NCBI GenBank assembly: GCA_951406725.2
Contig: OX597821.1
Coordinates: 65,968,001-66,032,000 of the forward strand
Length of the DNA stretch: 64,000 nt
Direction of reading: 5' to 3'
DNA from: Octopus vulgaris
Lineage: Eukaryota
Position 1 is the first letter of the stretch, and the number at the start of each line of letters is the position of its first letter. Of the stretch, positions 12,199-25,375 are shown one piece after another. Made by a program: the position numbers and the translations under genes. The notes beneath the pieces are model-generated. The model made no database searches. It saw only the letters and a list, made by a program, of their open reading frames with translations, and had not been told where the DNA came from.

Positions 12199-13194
12199 TC
12201 TTTTGGTTGTTTTCCAATGAAACAAAATAATGACATTGAAAATTAGATTAAGGATGAAAAAAAAAATTTTTTTAATTGCTTAATCTTTCATTTCCACTAT
12301 ATTTGTATTCATTATTTTTTTTTGTCTGTTTTGTTTCTATGTATTTTAATTCATTTATTTTTTTTTTCAATTTTACTTTTTGATATGACAAGTGGGTGTG
12401 AGAGGGGTGGAGAAGGGGAGGAGGAGGTTGAAATATATCAGAACTTGTTTTTTTGCATCTGTTTTTCCTTCTCCTAAATTCGTCTCAGTTTCTCTCATAC
12501 TTTTTCACTAACTGTTTCTCTCTCTCTTTCTCTGACGGGTAATCTCTCTCATTTACCCTTTCTTTTTCTCTCTCCCTCTTTCCCTCCCACATTCTTTTTC
12601 ACCTTTACTTCTTCACCTATATAATCTCCACTCTCTCTCTCTCTCTTCCTCTCTCTGTCTACTTCTCATTCTCCCTACCTCTCTCTCTCCCTTCGATCTC
12701 ATGTTCATTCATCCTTCCTCTTACTTCTTTCAATCACCCTCCCCACTGCCACCACCACCACCACCACCACCGCTGCCGCCAACTCGACCTCACCGATTCC
12801 ACTCTCTCTCCCTTTCTCTCTCTACTCTCGCTCTTCCTCTGATCACCTCCTCTTGTTCAGTTTATTAACTGTTCTAGTATGTATAATTGAGTTTCTCTGA
12901 CAATTTAATTAACTTATTCAGTCAATCTAATTAAATCACCCTCTTATATACTCTCTCTCTCCTTCAAGCACACACACACACACACACACACGCAGATATA
13001 TCTACACACAAACATACACACAGATCACAGATATATACATACGTAAGCTTCTGTAACTTCGTTTAAACCAGAATATTTTTTTTTTAATTTAATATTTTTT
13101 TTTACTTTATTTGATTGTTTTCCAGTGTTTTTCTGCCGTTATCATTTGTTCATACACACAGTTATACACACACACAGTGCATATATGTATGTAT

Positions 13195-13215
13195 GCATGA
13201 TTGTGTATGTGTATG

Positions 13216-13247
<32 letters not shown>

Positions 13248-13269
13248 GGTGTATGTGTATGTATGTATA

Positions 13270-13311
<42 letters not shown>

Positions 13312-13496
13312 GATATACATACATACACATACACCCACACACATATATATATATATATGTGTGGGTGTATGTGTATGTGTGTGTGTGTATATCTATATAT
13401 ATATATATATATGTGGGTGTATGTGTATATATCTATATATATATATATATACATATGTATATATATGTGGGTGTATGTGTATATATAAATATATAT

Positions 13497-13529
<33 letters not shown>

Positions 13530-13670
13530 CATGCAATTGTGTGAAAGTATGTATATGCTTTTATATGTACGTGTATGTGCATATATATGTATATATAAAT
13601 ATATATGCATACATATATATCTATGCACCTATGAGTATGTATATATATATATATATATATATATAATACT
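13195..13670. repeat. Compound TA/TG/CT microsatellite with GTGGGTGTATGTG units in both orientations
   Basis: 13310-13355 is the reverse complement of about 13230-13272. Confidence 0.9.
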
Positions 13671-14359
13671 TATGTGTGTTTGCATGAACATTTTTGTAAG
13701 TCTATGCAGATATATGTATGAGTGTGTGTGTGTATGTATATGTATGTATGTATGCATATACATAAATATACCCAAACACATGCACAAACATACACACACG
13801 CATACATAGATAGATACATACACGCTTGTAGACGAACACTAACGGAGATAAAGATGCTTCAATAATAGAATTAACCACTTGCATTACAACAATTATACTG
13901 CTATTTCATTTCGATTCTCCCGTTACTTTATTATTTCTCTGTCAAAGAATTACAATTTTCTGTCAGTCATTTTAACATTTTCTGTCTGTTTAATTTCATT
14001 CTGTCAACATAATGGACTTTACTTTTCTTCTGTCAATAAAATTACAACTAGTTCGTTAATCTGGTTAATAATATTTTTGTTAATTATCTATATACTTGAT
14101 ACCTTTAATTTATTTCATGTTTTCTTTAGTTCTCTTTTATTATTTTTTTTTGTTATTTATTTATTTATTTATATATAAACGTACTTATTTTTCTTTCCTT
14201 TTTCTTATTTTTTTTTTTATTTCCTGCGATACTTTGCTCAATCCATTTAGAAATTGTTACCACCAACAAATCAATAAGGAAGCCTCTACAGGTTTGTTTG
14301 CATAACATGCTAGAAATAACAACGAAATCTTTCTGAAATTAAACCTTGCCGTTTTTAGT

Positions 14360-14555
14360 CTTTCCTCTCTTGCTTGTTCCAGTCATTGGACTGCGGCCAT
14401 GCTGTGGCACCACCTTGAAAGGTTTAGCTAAACAAATTGACAGAAGTACTTAATGTTTCAGAATCTGGTACTTATTCAATGGCTCTCTCTTGGCGAACTG
14501 CTAAGTAACAGGGATGTAAACAAACCAACATGGTTTTCAAATGGTCGGGGAACAA
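14360..14555 (-). mobile_element. Family A SINE 3' part
   Basis: CAGTCATTGGACTGCGGCCATGCTG..GTACTTATTC..CTGCTAAGT is the reverse of the A tail. Confidence 0.75.
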
Positions 14556-14566
14556 ATATGAGGACA

Positions 14567-15000
14567 CGGCATATAAAAAGCACCAACCGATCGTGGCCAT
14601 TGCCAGCCTCCTCTGGCCCCTGTGCTGGTGGCATGTAAAAAGCACCCACTACATTCACAGAGTGGTTGGTGTTAGGAAGGGTATCCAGATGTAGAAACAC
14701 TGCCAGATCAGACTGGAGCCTTGTGCTGGTGATGGTGCCACGTAAAAAGCACTGGTGCTGGTGCCATATAAAATGCACTGGTGCTGGTGCCACATAAAAG
14801 GCACTGGTGCTGGTGCCACATAAAAAGCATTGAATACACCCAGTAAAGTGGTTGGCATTAGGAAGGCCGCCCAGCTGCAGAAACCTTGCCAATATGAACC
14901 AAGGAATCTGACGCAGCTTCTGGCCTTGCTACCTCTTGTTAAACCATCGAACCCAAATGGACGTTAAATGATGATGATGATGGCAATGAATATGATGATG
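14567..15000 (+). mobile_element. Two tandem family B 3' ends; second carries 26-bp GGTGCCACATAAAAAGCACTGGTGCT repeats
   Basis: GGTTGG..TAGGAAGG motif twice (about 14663 and 14850); ends in GGACGTTAAATGATGATG. Confidence 0.8.
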
Positions 15001-15367
15001 ATGATGATGATGATGATGACAATGATGATGATGATGATGATGATGATGACAACAACAACAGCGATGATGATGATGATGAAAATGATGGTAATGATGATGA
15101 TGACGATCATGGTTGTATTCGAACTCTTGAGCACCGTAAACCAAAACTAATACTGCAAGGCGTTCTATCCGACACTCTAATGAGTCTGTTAATTCATTGC
15201 TTATCCAGGGATAATCTGGATTAAGTCTGTGTCAGCCTGATAAAATGGAAACTGAATAAATATACATTTAGGACATGAGGAACAATATCAACGACAATCA
15301 GACAAACATGATAGCAACAATGTGTCAAGTCAATTGGTTTAATTCTATACATAAACAGAAAGTTATT

Positions 15368-15468
15368 AGTGGTGGTGGTGGTGGTGGTGGTAGTTGTAAC
15401 AGTGAAGGTAGTAATAACAGTAGTAGTTGTAACAGTGGTGTTGGTTATTGTAGTAGTGGTGGTGCTTA

Positions 15469-15504
<36 letters not shown>

Positions 15505-15670
15505 AGGTGGTGGTGGTGGTTAGTGTAGTATTAGTAGAGGTGGTTGTGGTTGGTGTAGTAGTAGTGGTGGTGGAGGTGGTTGGTGTAGTAGTAGTAGTAG
15601 TGGTGGTAGTTGGTGTAGTAGTAGTAGTAGTAGAGATGGTGGTGGTGGTGGTAGTAGTAGTAGCAGTGGT
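15368..15670. repeat. (GTG)n/(GTA)n compound trinucleotide repeat
   Basis: Directly visible; source of the poly-Thr/Val ORFs. Confidence 0.95.
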
Positions 15671-16369
15671 TTCTTTCAATATAGTTTATCAATACAGCCA
15701 GACTATAATATAGCATAGAGAGAAAGAGAGTGAGAGTGAGAAAGTGAGAGAGTAAGAGTGAGGTAGGGAGGGAAGCGAAGAAGGAGGGAAGGAGAGATCA
15801 AAATATACAAGAGACAGAATCAATCATTTCCAGCAGCTCCTCGTCTCAAGAGATACCATAATAGCGCCGCTGTGTGTCACAGATTGGTGTCATGCCGTCT
15901 GCCATGGCTGCAGAATACAATTCTAGTCCTACAGTGAGATCTCTTCTGCAGGGCAACATACATGCAATCTATAACAGACAGATCTATGATGGTGATGATG
16001 CTGATGATGGTGATGATGGTGATGATGATGGTGAGGGTAAGGATGATGACGAGGTGTGATGAGGGTATCTGTATTTCGATCTCTTTTGTTCCAAAATCTC
16101 CAAGAACAGATGGTCTAAGGAGATTCTTGAATATGTTTTTGTTTTTTATCACCTCTTCTACTTTGCTCTCTAAATGTGTGTGTGTGTGTGTGTGTGTGGA
16201 AGAGTGTGTGTGTGAACATACAGATACTTAATTATAGAATATACATATGTGTATATACACATAAATATATGTGTGTATATGTGTGTGGATGTATATATAT
16301 ATGCATGTATGTATATACACATAGACACATATATATATATACATATATACACACATGCATATATGTATA

Positions 16370-16401
<32 letters not shown>

Positions 16402-16439
16402 CACATATATATCCATGTATGTATACACATATATAAATG

Positions 16440-16476
<37 letters not shown>

Positions 16477-17325
16477 ACATATATATACATCACACACATA
16501 CACAGACAAACAACTATATACACACAAATGCATATGTGTGCATGTATACTGTATATCTGTCTGGTCATTTATACCATGTTATTCAGAATTTTAGAGACCT
16601 AAAGCCAATCCTCAGACAGAGGTAGCTGGTAGGACAAAACAAAACTTTCAGCGCAGTTGGACGTCATTTAATAATTCTTTGAAATGCAGCATGTAACAAC
16701 ACACACACACACACACACACACTGATGATGTGCCTAAGTGAAGAGAGTAGACTATTAAGCAGTTGTGAAGAGCAGAGTCTATCATAGCAGAAAAAAAAAA
16801 AAAACCTAGATAGAAGTTAAACTGTGTAACTGTAAGCGACTTGTTGAAGTTCATCAGTGAGTGACTATTTGTCAGTTGGTTGACTGATCTTTTTCTATTG
16901 TAATCAGATGTTAAAGTGTGAGTTTAAAATATCACTGTCTGACATAGGCAAGAAATATGTAAATGTGACATGAGTTTTGCAGACGGAAAAGTTTTTATGG
17001 CTGATATATTCCAGCAGAACTTCATTTATTTAATAAGTGAAGTTGGGTCTAGCTTGAAGGTAAAAGGAAGCAGAGTTGTTTCACGATTCTTTTACTTGCT
17101 TCAGTCAATTGACTGCAGTTATGCAGGAGGACTGCCTTTAGTCGAGCAAATAGACCCTAAGACTTATTCTTTGTAAGCCTAGTACTTATTCTATTGGTCT
17201 CTTTTACCAAACTGCTAAGTCCAGGATTTCCATGACTGCCATATTATGTTGGCAAATAATCGCTACTCCAAAGTAATGTTGTTGAATATCTTTTGTTGTG
17301 AGATTTACAAATAGTAATTTTCTAA

Positions 17326-17890
17326 ATATGAAACAGCTTGACAGGAAACTCCCCTGCATTTTTTTTTCTGCACATTAGAAGCATAGAAGGACTGTGTTTA
17401 TGTTTTTAATTCTCCCACTGCTAGGCTTTGTAAGATTTAAACTTAAATAGAATGACAATACAACTTTATGAGACCTGCATGATTGACTTATTAAATGCAT
17501 AATGAAAACAACATCCTTATCATATAATGTAACTCAATTTCAAAAATCTGCAGATGACTATACAATTATATAAGACATGAATGACTGATTTCATTAAGCG
17601 AACAACGTCCTTATCTAATGTGACTTAATTACAAGAAAACTAGGTTTGTCTTCTCAGAGGAGTGATCATCAAACATGAAACATACTGACAGGAAACTTCA
17701 GTGCTCTTTTTTTCTGCACATTAAAAGCATAGAAGGATTCTGTTTACATTCTTATTTTTCTCATGGCTAGGCTTTGTAAGATTTAAATTGAAACAGTGCA
17801 CTAGAAATGACAATATGCGACCTGCATGACAGATTTTCTTCACTGCATAAGAAAACATCTTATCATTTAACGTAACTAAATTTCAAAGAT
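17326..17890. repeat. Old tandem duplication, ~220-bp units at 17326 and 17673
   Basis: Shared TGACAGGAAACT..TTTTCTGCACATTA.AAGCATAGAAGGA..GCTAGGCTTTGTAAGATTTAAA..GACCTGCATGA. Confidence 0.85.
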
Positions 17891-18199
17891 TTTCCATAAA
17901 TCAGTTTCAAAGATTTAATATGACTTACTGCTAAAGTATTTTACATATCACAATGTCAAGAGATGTCACAGAGCTTAGTGCTAGTATTTTACTATAGTTC
18001 AATATCAAGTACTTAACGTTAGTCAGTGTCAAAAATTTAACATAACATAACTGTGTTTCAGATAAACATTAACTCTGTTTTGGATACTTAAAAGAGCAGA
18101 ACTCAGCTCAGAGTCAAAGATTTAATAAGACTTATTGTTAAAATATTTCACATATCAGAATGTCAATAAAGGTCACATAACCTAGTGCTAATGTTTTAT

Positions 18200-18612
18200 T
18201 CATCATCATTATTATCATTTTAACATCCATTTTTCTATGCCTGCATGGGTCAAATGAAATTTTGTTGAGATCGATTTTCTATGGCTGGATGCTCTTCCAG
18301 AAGCCAACTCTCAACAGTTTCCAAGTAAGGTGATATTTCCCAATGTCAAGACATGTTTTCACAGAGGATCAATAAATGGCAATTGTTTGTAACTATCATG
18401 TGATGTCAAGGCAAGGAGACGTGTGCGTGTGTGTGTATGGTGAATGAGAGACATGCTTTTTCCAGTTTCTGTTGACCAAATCCACACTAACAAGGCTTTG
18501 GTCAGCTCAAGGCTATAGTAGAAGATACTTGCCCAATATGTTACACAGTTGGATTGAACCCAAAACCAAGTGACTGGGAAATAAACTTTTTACCACATAG
18601 TCATGTTAACAC
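18200..18612 (-). mobile_element. Family F SINE inserted in a duplicated unit
   Basis: (CAT)n tail at left, F body, A-type head at right; flanks rejoin into a copy of 17907-18112. Confidence 0.8.
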
Positions 18613-18914
18613 CTTATTATAAGTTTAATATATCAGACACTTAACATTGGTCAGCAACAAAAATTTAACAAGTAACTGTTTCTTAAAAGAGCCAAACTCA
18701 GCTCATTGGTGTCAAAGTGATAAAGCTTAAAAATAGCTAAGTGTCAAATATTCCACATAGGACAGTGTAAAAAGCAGGAGAGAAAATGGAAGTTGGTGCA
18801 TCAAAAACAAAGTTCTTTCATGTGTTTTTAATGCTTCATAGTCTAAGAATAGTATTGTCATATATGTGTATGCCCCTCCTCTCTCAAAGACTCTTTGCTT
18901 GTAAAGTCGCTTGG

Positions 18915-19205
18915 TGACCCTGCCAGTACTTAAAAAAGTCCCCAGTCCACACTGTAAAGTGGTTGGCATTTGGAAGGGCATCCAGCTGTAAAAACCATCC
19001 AAAACAGACCTCCCCTGTGCAAATACCACGTAAAAAGCACTCAGCTCACTTTCAGGGTGGTTGGTGTTACGAAGGGCATCCAGCCATAAATACCATGCTA
19101 AAACAGACACAGAAGCATGGCCAGGCTTCTGCTTGGCCGGCTCCTGTCAAACTGTCCAACCCATGCCAGCATGGAAAGAGGATATTAAATGATCATGACA
19201 ATGAT
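18915..19205 (+). mobile_element. Family B 3' end with duplicated GGTTGGC..GAAGGGCATCCAGC module
   Basis: Motif at about 18961 and 19059; same architecture as 58185-58460. Confidence 0.8.
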
Positions 19206-19212
19206 ATATATA

Positions 19213-19402
19213 GTTGAAATTTATAGAATAACAAAAGTCAAAGACAGGCGTATGTACAACAAGCAGGTGTATTAGTTTGATGCTGCATGGAAAAGAGAAT
19301 TAGTCTTTTAGGTTTCGAGCCTATGCTCTTCAACAGAAAGGAATAAGAGAAAATAGAGAGAGAATAAAAAAAAAACTTGTGGATTTAGTGGTCAAGCATG
19401 GC
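19213..19402 (-). mobile_element. ~190-bp repeat resembling a Penelope-like pLTR remnant with a minimal hammerhead-like motif
   Basis: Second copy at 60663-60850; minus strand TTGAAGAGCATAGGCTCGAAACCTA. Confidence 0.55.
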
Positions 19403-20179
19403 AAATGGGCAAAGAAATGGTAATAGCATTAGACTTAACCACCTGTCAGTTTAACACCAATAGCTAGTCCTAGAAATACATTAAACAATGTCCAATCTGT
19501 TTCAAACATTCAAACCAGATCTCATGTTTGGGATTTACTCACTATCTCCTACTGTGACTTTTTTTCCCCCCTGCAAATTGAGTGTTTGCATGACTTCATT
19601 CTGTCTCCACCACTCTCAGAGACCCTGGCAAAAAAGGTATAGGCACTGCTAATTCACCCCTCGTAAATTTTTAAAAGCAAATTATCCTTAGCAGAGGATC
19701 TGTATTTTGAGGTATTTCCGACTCTATTGAAATTACATTTTATGCATAATGGGTCTGCTCAAAATCATGCTTACACACACACATGGATATATAAATAGAC
19801 ACATACATACACATATGCACATATATATAGATTCATATAGCATATTATTACTCTCTCTGCTAAATAATGGTCGTAAAAGAAGTGTAATGAATATAATTAA
19901 AGCCTTAGTTTTTATTTCAATATCTATAAACAGGCAAAATTAAGCATAGATTATATCATTAGGAAAAATCTATATTCATAATTAATATCATGTTGGTTAA
20001 ATATATAAATTCATTAGGGAAATATATACGCAGACACACTGGTATGTTTGTGTTTTGTGCATAGTGATATATACGTGTATGCATACATGTGTGTGTGTGT
20101 GTATGTATCTGAATGTGAGTATATATGTATGAGTGTGTGTGTATGTGTGTTTGTGAGTGCATACATATATATATGTATA

Positions 20180-20272
<93 letters not shown>

Positions 20273-20385
20273 GTAGTAACAGAAAAGAGGAATTTCGGTT
20301 ATCCCCATGTGGTGAGTTGTAATGTATATAAGAAATTAAAAAAGGAAAATACACACACGTACCTAGTTTTAATATAATTTTTAAT

Positions 20386-20420
20386 ATATCGACCGGTTTC
20401 GCTATCGCTATTCATGATAT
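20386..20420 (-). ncRNA. Minimal type I hammerhead ribozyme-like motif (A3:U8 variant)
   Basis: Minus strand ATATC-ATGAATA-GC GATA GC-GAAA-CCG-GTC-GATAT: 5-bp stem I, 2-bp stem II, palindromic ACCGGT stem III, GUC triplet. Confidence 0.6.
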
Positions 20421-20582
20421 GTTTTACTTATTTTACTTACCCACAACAATAACAATAATGACAAACAATTACCTCCCTTTATTTATCTACTTGTGAAGTC
20501 ATTCACTTGTGAATTACATCACACACAACATAGACAAAATTTCTTCTTAAGAAAAAATATATATTCAAATAAGTAAAACATG

Positions 20583-20617
20583 ATATCATGAATAGCGATA
20601 GCGAAACTGGTCGATAT
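20583..20617 (+). ncRNA. Minimal type I hammerhead ribozyme-like motif (A3:U8 variant), second copy
   Basis: ATATC-ATGAATA-GC GATA GC-GAAA-CTG-GTC-GATAT; lies in the right arm of the 20331-20672 inverted repeat. Confidence 0.55.
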
Positions 20618-20673
20618 ATTAAAAATTATATTAAAACTATGTAAGTGTGCATATTTTCCTTTTTTAATTTCTG

Positions 20674-20706
<33 letters not shown>

Positions 20707-21467
20707 TACATAAATGTTTGTCTTAATGCCAAGTTGTATATAAAAACAAGGTAATATTAAACCGAAGGGTTACTATATACATGTGTAGTAGCATACATTA
20801 TTTTTTGAAACTTTTACAAGGAAAATGTTGATGATAACATTGAAGATTCAGGCAAGGTAAACTTTGAAGTTACTGTCAACCTTTTCCAATGATCATCCCC
20901 AACCCTCACTGACTTAACTCTCCTCCCTCACCACCATTGGCCTCACACTCTTCTCATCCATTGTGCTTGTCTCTCTCTTCCTCATCCAATCCTGCAACTT
21001 ACCCAACATCAACCATCTCTTGCCCTTCTCCTGTCTACTTTTTCATCGTTACTATTCTGCCGTTCAATGCTGCCAGTCATCTCCTACATTCTCATTACAT
21101 ATTTCTCTGGTACAACTCAATCACTCCACCCTTTCTTTTAAAATGTGAGTATTGAGGTGGACATTGTACAGCAAAAAAGCCTGTTTTACTTTACCACCTT
21201 CTCTCATAATTTTACCCCTCTTTTGACCTGCATCTAGTATAAAATCGTTCCTACCGACTCAGGGTTTGTCACATGAAAAAAGGCACCCAGCATATGCTAC
21301 AAAGTGCATGGTGTTAGGAAGGCCACACAGCAAGAGAAACCATGCCAAAGCAGATACTAGAGCACAAAGCAATCACTGAGCTTATAAATAGAGGGGGTTT
21401 TTTTGGGGACCACATTGTCTTGATATAGTAAAATACTTAAAAATAAGTTAATCAATCATACAAATTT

Positions 21468-21884
21468 ATCTTTTATCCTTTACTTATTTCAGTCGTTTGA
21501 CTGTTGCCATGCTGGAGCACTGCTTTGAAGGATTTTTATTCGAATGAATCAACCCCACTACTTATTCTTTTGTTAAGCCTGATACTTATTTTATCAGTCA
21601 CTTTCACCAAACTGCTAAGTTACGGGGACATAAACACACCGACTCTGGTAGTGAAGTGGTGGTAGTGGAACAAGCACAGATACAAGACACACAAATATAT
21701 ATATATATATATCAATACATACAATGGGATTCTTTCAGTTTCTGTCTACCAAATCTACTCACAAGGCTTTTGTTGGCCTGATGCTATAGAAGAAGACACC
21801 TGCCCAAGGTGCCCTGCAGAGGGACTGAACCTGGAACCATGTGGTTAGAAAGCAGGCTTCTCACCACATAGTTATACCTGCACC
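21468..21884 (-). mobile_element. Family A SINE, full length
   Basis: Reverse complement of the 9778-10200 architecture. Confidence 0.88.
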
Positions 21885-22111
21885 GATAATGCTAACATTG
21901 ATTTCCAATCTTCCATGAAACCAGTCATGGAAATCTATACTTTACTTCAAAACAAATGAGTTTTGAAGACTGGAAGAGCATCCAACTGCAGGAAATCAGT
22001 GTCAACGAATTCAGTCTGACTTAAGCAAAAAAGTGGACGTTATGATGATCATGATGACAATCATACTTACATGACTGTATATGTATGTGTATATACATGT
22101 ATACAGACATG

Positions 22112-22155
<44 letters not shown>

Positions 22156-22198
22156 GTATGTATCAGTTAATGATTGGCAATAGAACTGGAGTTACGTA

Positions 22199-22229
<31 letters not shown>

Positions 22230-22519
22230 TACATATATAAGCATACACCTCTCTCTATACATATAAGGCATTCGCAAAATACATTAGGAGGCTGCACAAC
22301 TCTGAGCAAAAATTAAGTATCATTATTATTATTGGACTAGAATTCTATAGTGGAAGTTTTCAATATAAACCATACAATATCAATATACAAGCTCTGCTAC
22401 TCAGATGCAAAATAATAATAATTATTATTAGTATGCTGGTTATGATGACGATGATGATGATAACAACAAGAATAATAATATTAATAATAACGATGACGAT
22501 GAAAATAATAATAATGATA

Positions 22520-22550
<31 letters not shown>

Positions 22551-22845
22551 TTCCAATAAAATACTCAAAAACCACATATACAATTTACATGTGGTAGAAG
22601 TAAAAAAGAAAAATTTTTTTAAAATATATTGAAAGGGACAGAAATTTGAAAATTTGCCAATATTTGAAAGATAAAAAAACAAGAACAAAACAAAATAACA
22701 AACAGAAAAACCTTATAAATTAAAATATACCAAAAGTTTAGAATATATAACAATATAAAAAGAAATATTATAGTATGTACGGTAGCATAATATAAGCCCA
22801 AACCTGCACATAAGTGTATACATACACACACACACATACACACAC

Positions 22846-22899
<54 letters not shown>

Positions 22900-23030
22900 A
22901 TTGTGTGTATAAACATACACACACACACATTTCGCTCATATTGCTTTTGACACAAATTACTTTTCTATAGAAATGTTTCTAGTGAAATCATTGACTTAAT
23001 CAATGATTCAATGTCTTGATATGTAAACGA

Positions 23031-23086
<56 letters not shown>

Positions 23087-23094
23087 CATACACG

Positions 23095-23127
<33 letters not shown>

Positions 23128-23347
23128 GTATATAAAGCATATATGCATGCGCATGTATATAGTTTTGGGTGAATTCATGTGTATATATATGTGTGTGTGT
23201 ATATATATATACACATACACACATTCAATCACACACACACATGCACACATAAATATATGTAAACATGAATTCACCCAAAAAACTATATACATGTACGTGC
23301 ATATATGATTTTGTGTAAATATATGTGTGAGTGTGTGTGTATATATT

Positions 23348-23420
<73 letters not shown>

Positions 23421-24959
23421 ATACATACACACATACACATCTGGAAACACACATATACTCCCTCCCACAGACACACATACAGACATGCATGTTCACAAAC
23501 ACTCACACTTATGCCCCACACACACATGCATATCCGCAACCGCACGCATATACTCACACATATTTTGAAGTGTTAGTTAATGAACTAGAAGGATACTCTC
23601 AAAATAATGTACTGAAAGTACTTTGGTACAAAATAACTAAAAAAAAAAATACACACACACACACACATCATATATTTTATGTATCCTGCACATGGTACCA
23701 TTTTCCTGCATCTACCGTTTTCTATATGATAGGAACAATTCCAATTTTTCAGGGTGTTTTTTTTATATATTTTGGTTTTGCGAGAAGAAATATATAAGAG
23801 TGTGCAGTCAAATCTAGATAAAGTTTAATATTCTGTAACATATTTATGATGGAAAAAATAGTTTTGTTCCATTATCTGAATTAGCGTATAATGAATAGAC
23901 ACACATCAGGTTCAAATATAGTTAAAGACATCTATTCCATATTGGTGGCTTGCTTTTTATCTATCATCTGTTGACACATGTTTTGTTATATTTACATCCT
24001 CATCAGTGCAACTCATGGACAAAACCATTGTCATCACTATTTAATGTCTGTTTTTCATGCTGGTATGCGTTTGATCGTTTTGAGAGGATCTGGCAAGCTG
24101 CAGAACGGCATTAACATCAAATATCAGTTTTGGCATGGTTTTGTATGGCACGATGCCCTTCCGAATGCTGACTACTTACCAGTGTATACTGGGTGTGGTT
24201 TTTTTTCTTCCACTGACATTAGCGAGGTTGCCAAGTAATATGCAAGACAAGTAAAGGACAAGAAAAGGGGAAATCCCCCTCAACTAAGTGCATGTGTGTG
24301 AGGAAGGGCATTTGAGAGAAGGAAGTGTTGCTTTATGCCTGATATTGGTGGAAGGAGACACAAGCATGGGTGTGTGATGAGAAATTCGCTTCTCAACCAT
24401 ATGGTTCTGGGTTCAGTCCCACTACATGACGCCTCAGGCTGACCAAACCCTTGTGAGTGGATTTGGTAATGGAAACTGAGATACTGGTTTACTCTGTAAT
24501 TCACAAAGAGGGTTGTGTTTAGTAAATTTTTAGATGATTTTCACAGGAATTTTTATGCAAAATTGAGATTTTGACTTTTATATTCTTATTTATTTTTTGC
24601 TGAGTAAGGAATTATAATTAAAAACACTTGTTGCTTGTTGGTCATGAACGGACAAGGAGATGGGACAATCTGTCATGCTTAGCATTTCTGAGAACTTTGA
24701 AGATGTGGAGTTTAATTTCCAGTGATCAGGGGCACCCTGGCACAACCATAGTAATTAAGGGTTTTGATGAGATTTTGCCAAATAGGTGGCATGAACAAAG
24801 CAATTTAATAGAACACATTCTGTGTTAGCTGGACCTCACACCACTAGAGATTTTTTATGAGGATACTTAAAAAATACAGTTTACAGTACAAAACCAGTAA
24901 CAGTTGATGAATTGAGGGTAGCAACTACACATTTCCTTTGAATATTGAATGATATGTTT

Positions 24960-25131
24960 ACTCTTTTACTTGTTTCAGTCAGTTGACTGTGGCCATGCTG
25001 GAGCACCACCTTTAGTCGAGCAAATCGACCCTAGGACTTATTCTTTGTAAGCCTAGTACTTATTCTATTGGTCTCTTTTGCGGAATCGCTAAGTTACAGA
25101 GACGTAAACACACCAGCATCGATTTTCAAGC

Positions 25132-25174
<43 letters not shown>

Positions 25175-25340
25175 GACCCCCTTTGGTCACGAATGACCAC
25201 CATGTGATTGCATCTAGAAAGTTACCCTCCGAGACACAAGTCCAGGCAAGGTTATTTATGGAAGACCAGCAGTTGTCCATGCATACCAGCCTCCCCACTT
25301 CACACCACCGATGTTATCCAAGGGAAAGGCAAAGGCTGAT

Positions 25341-25375
<35 letters not shown>

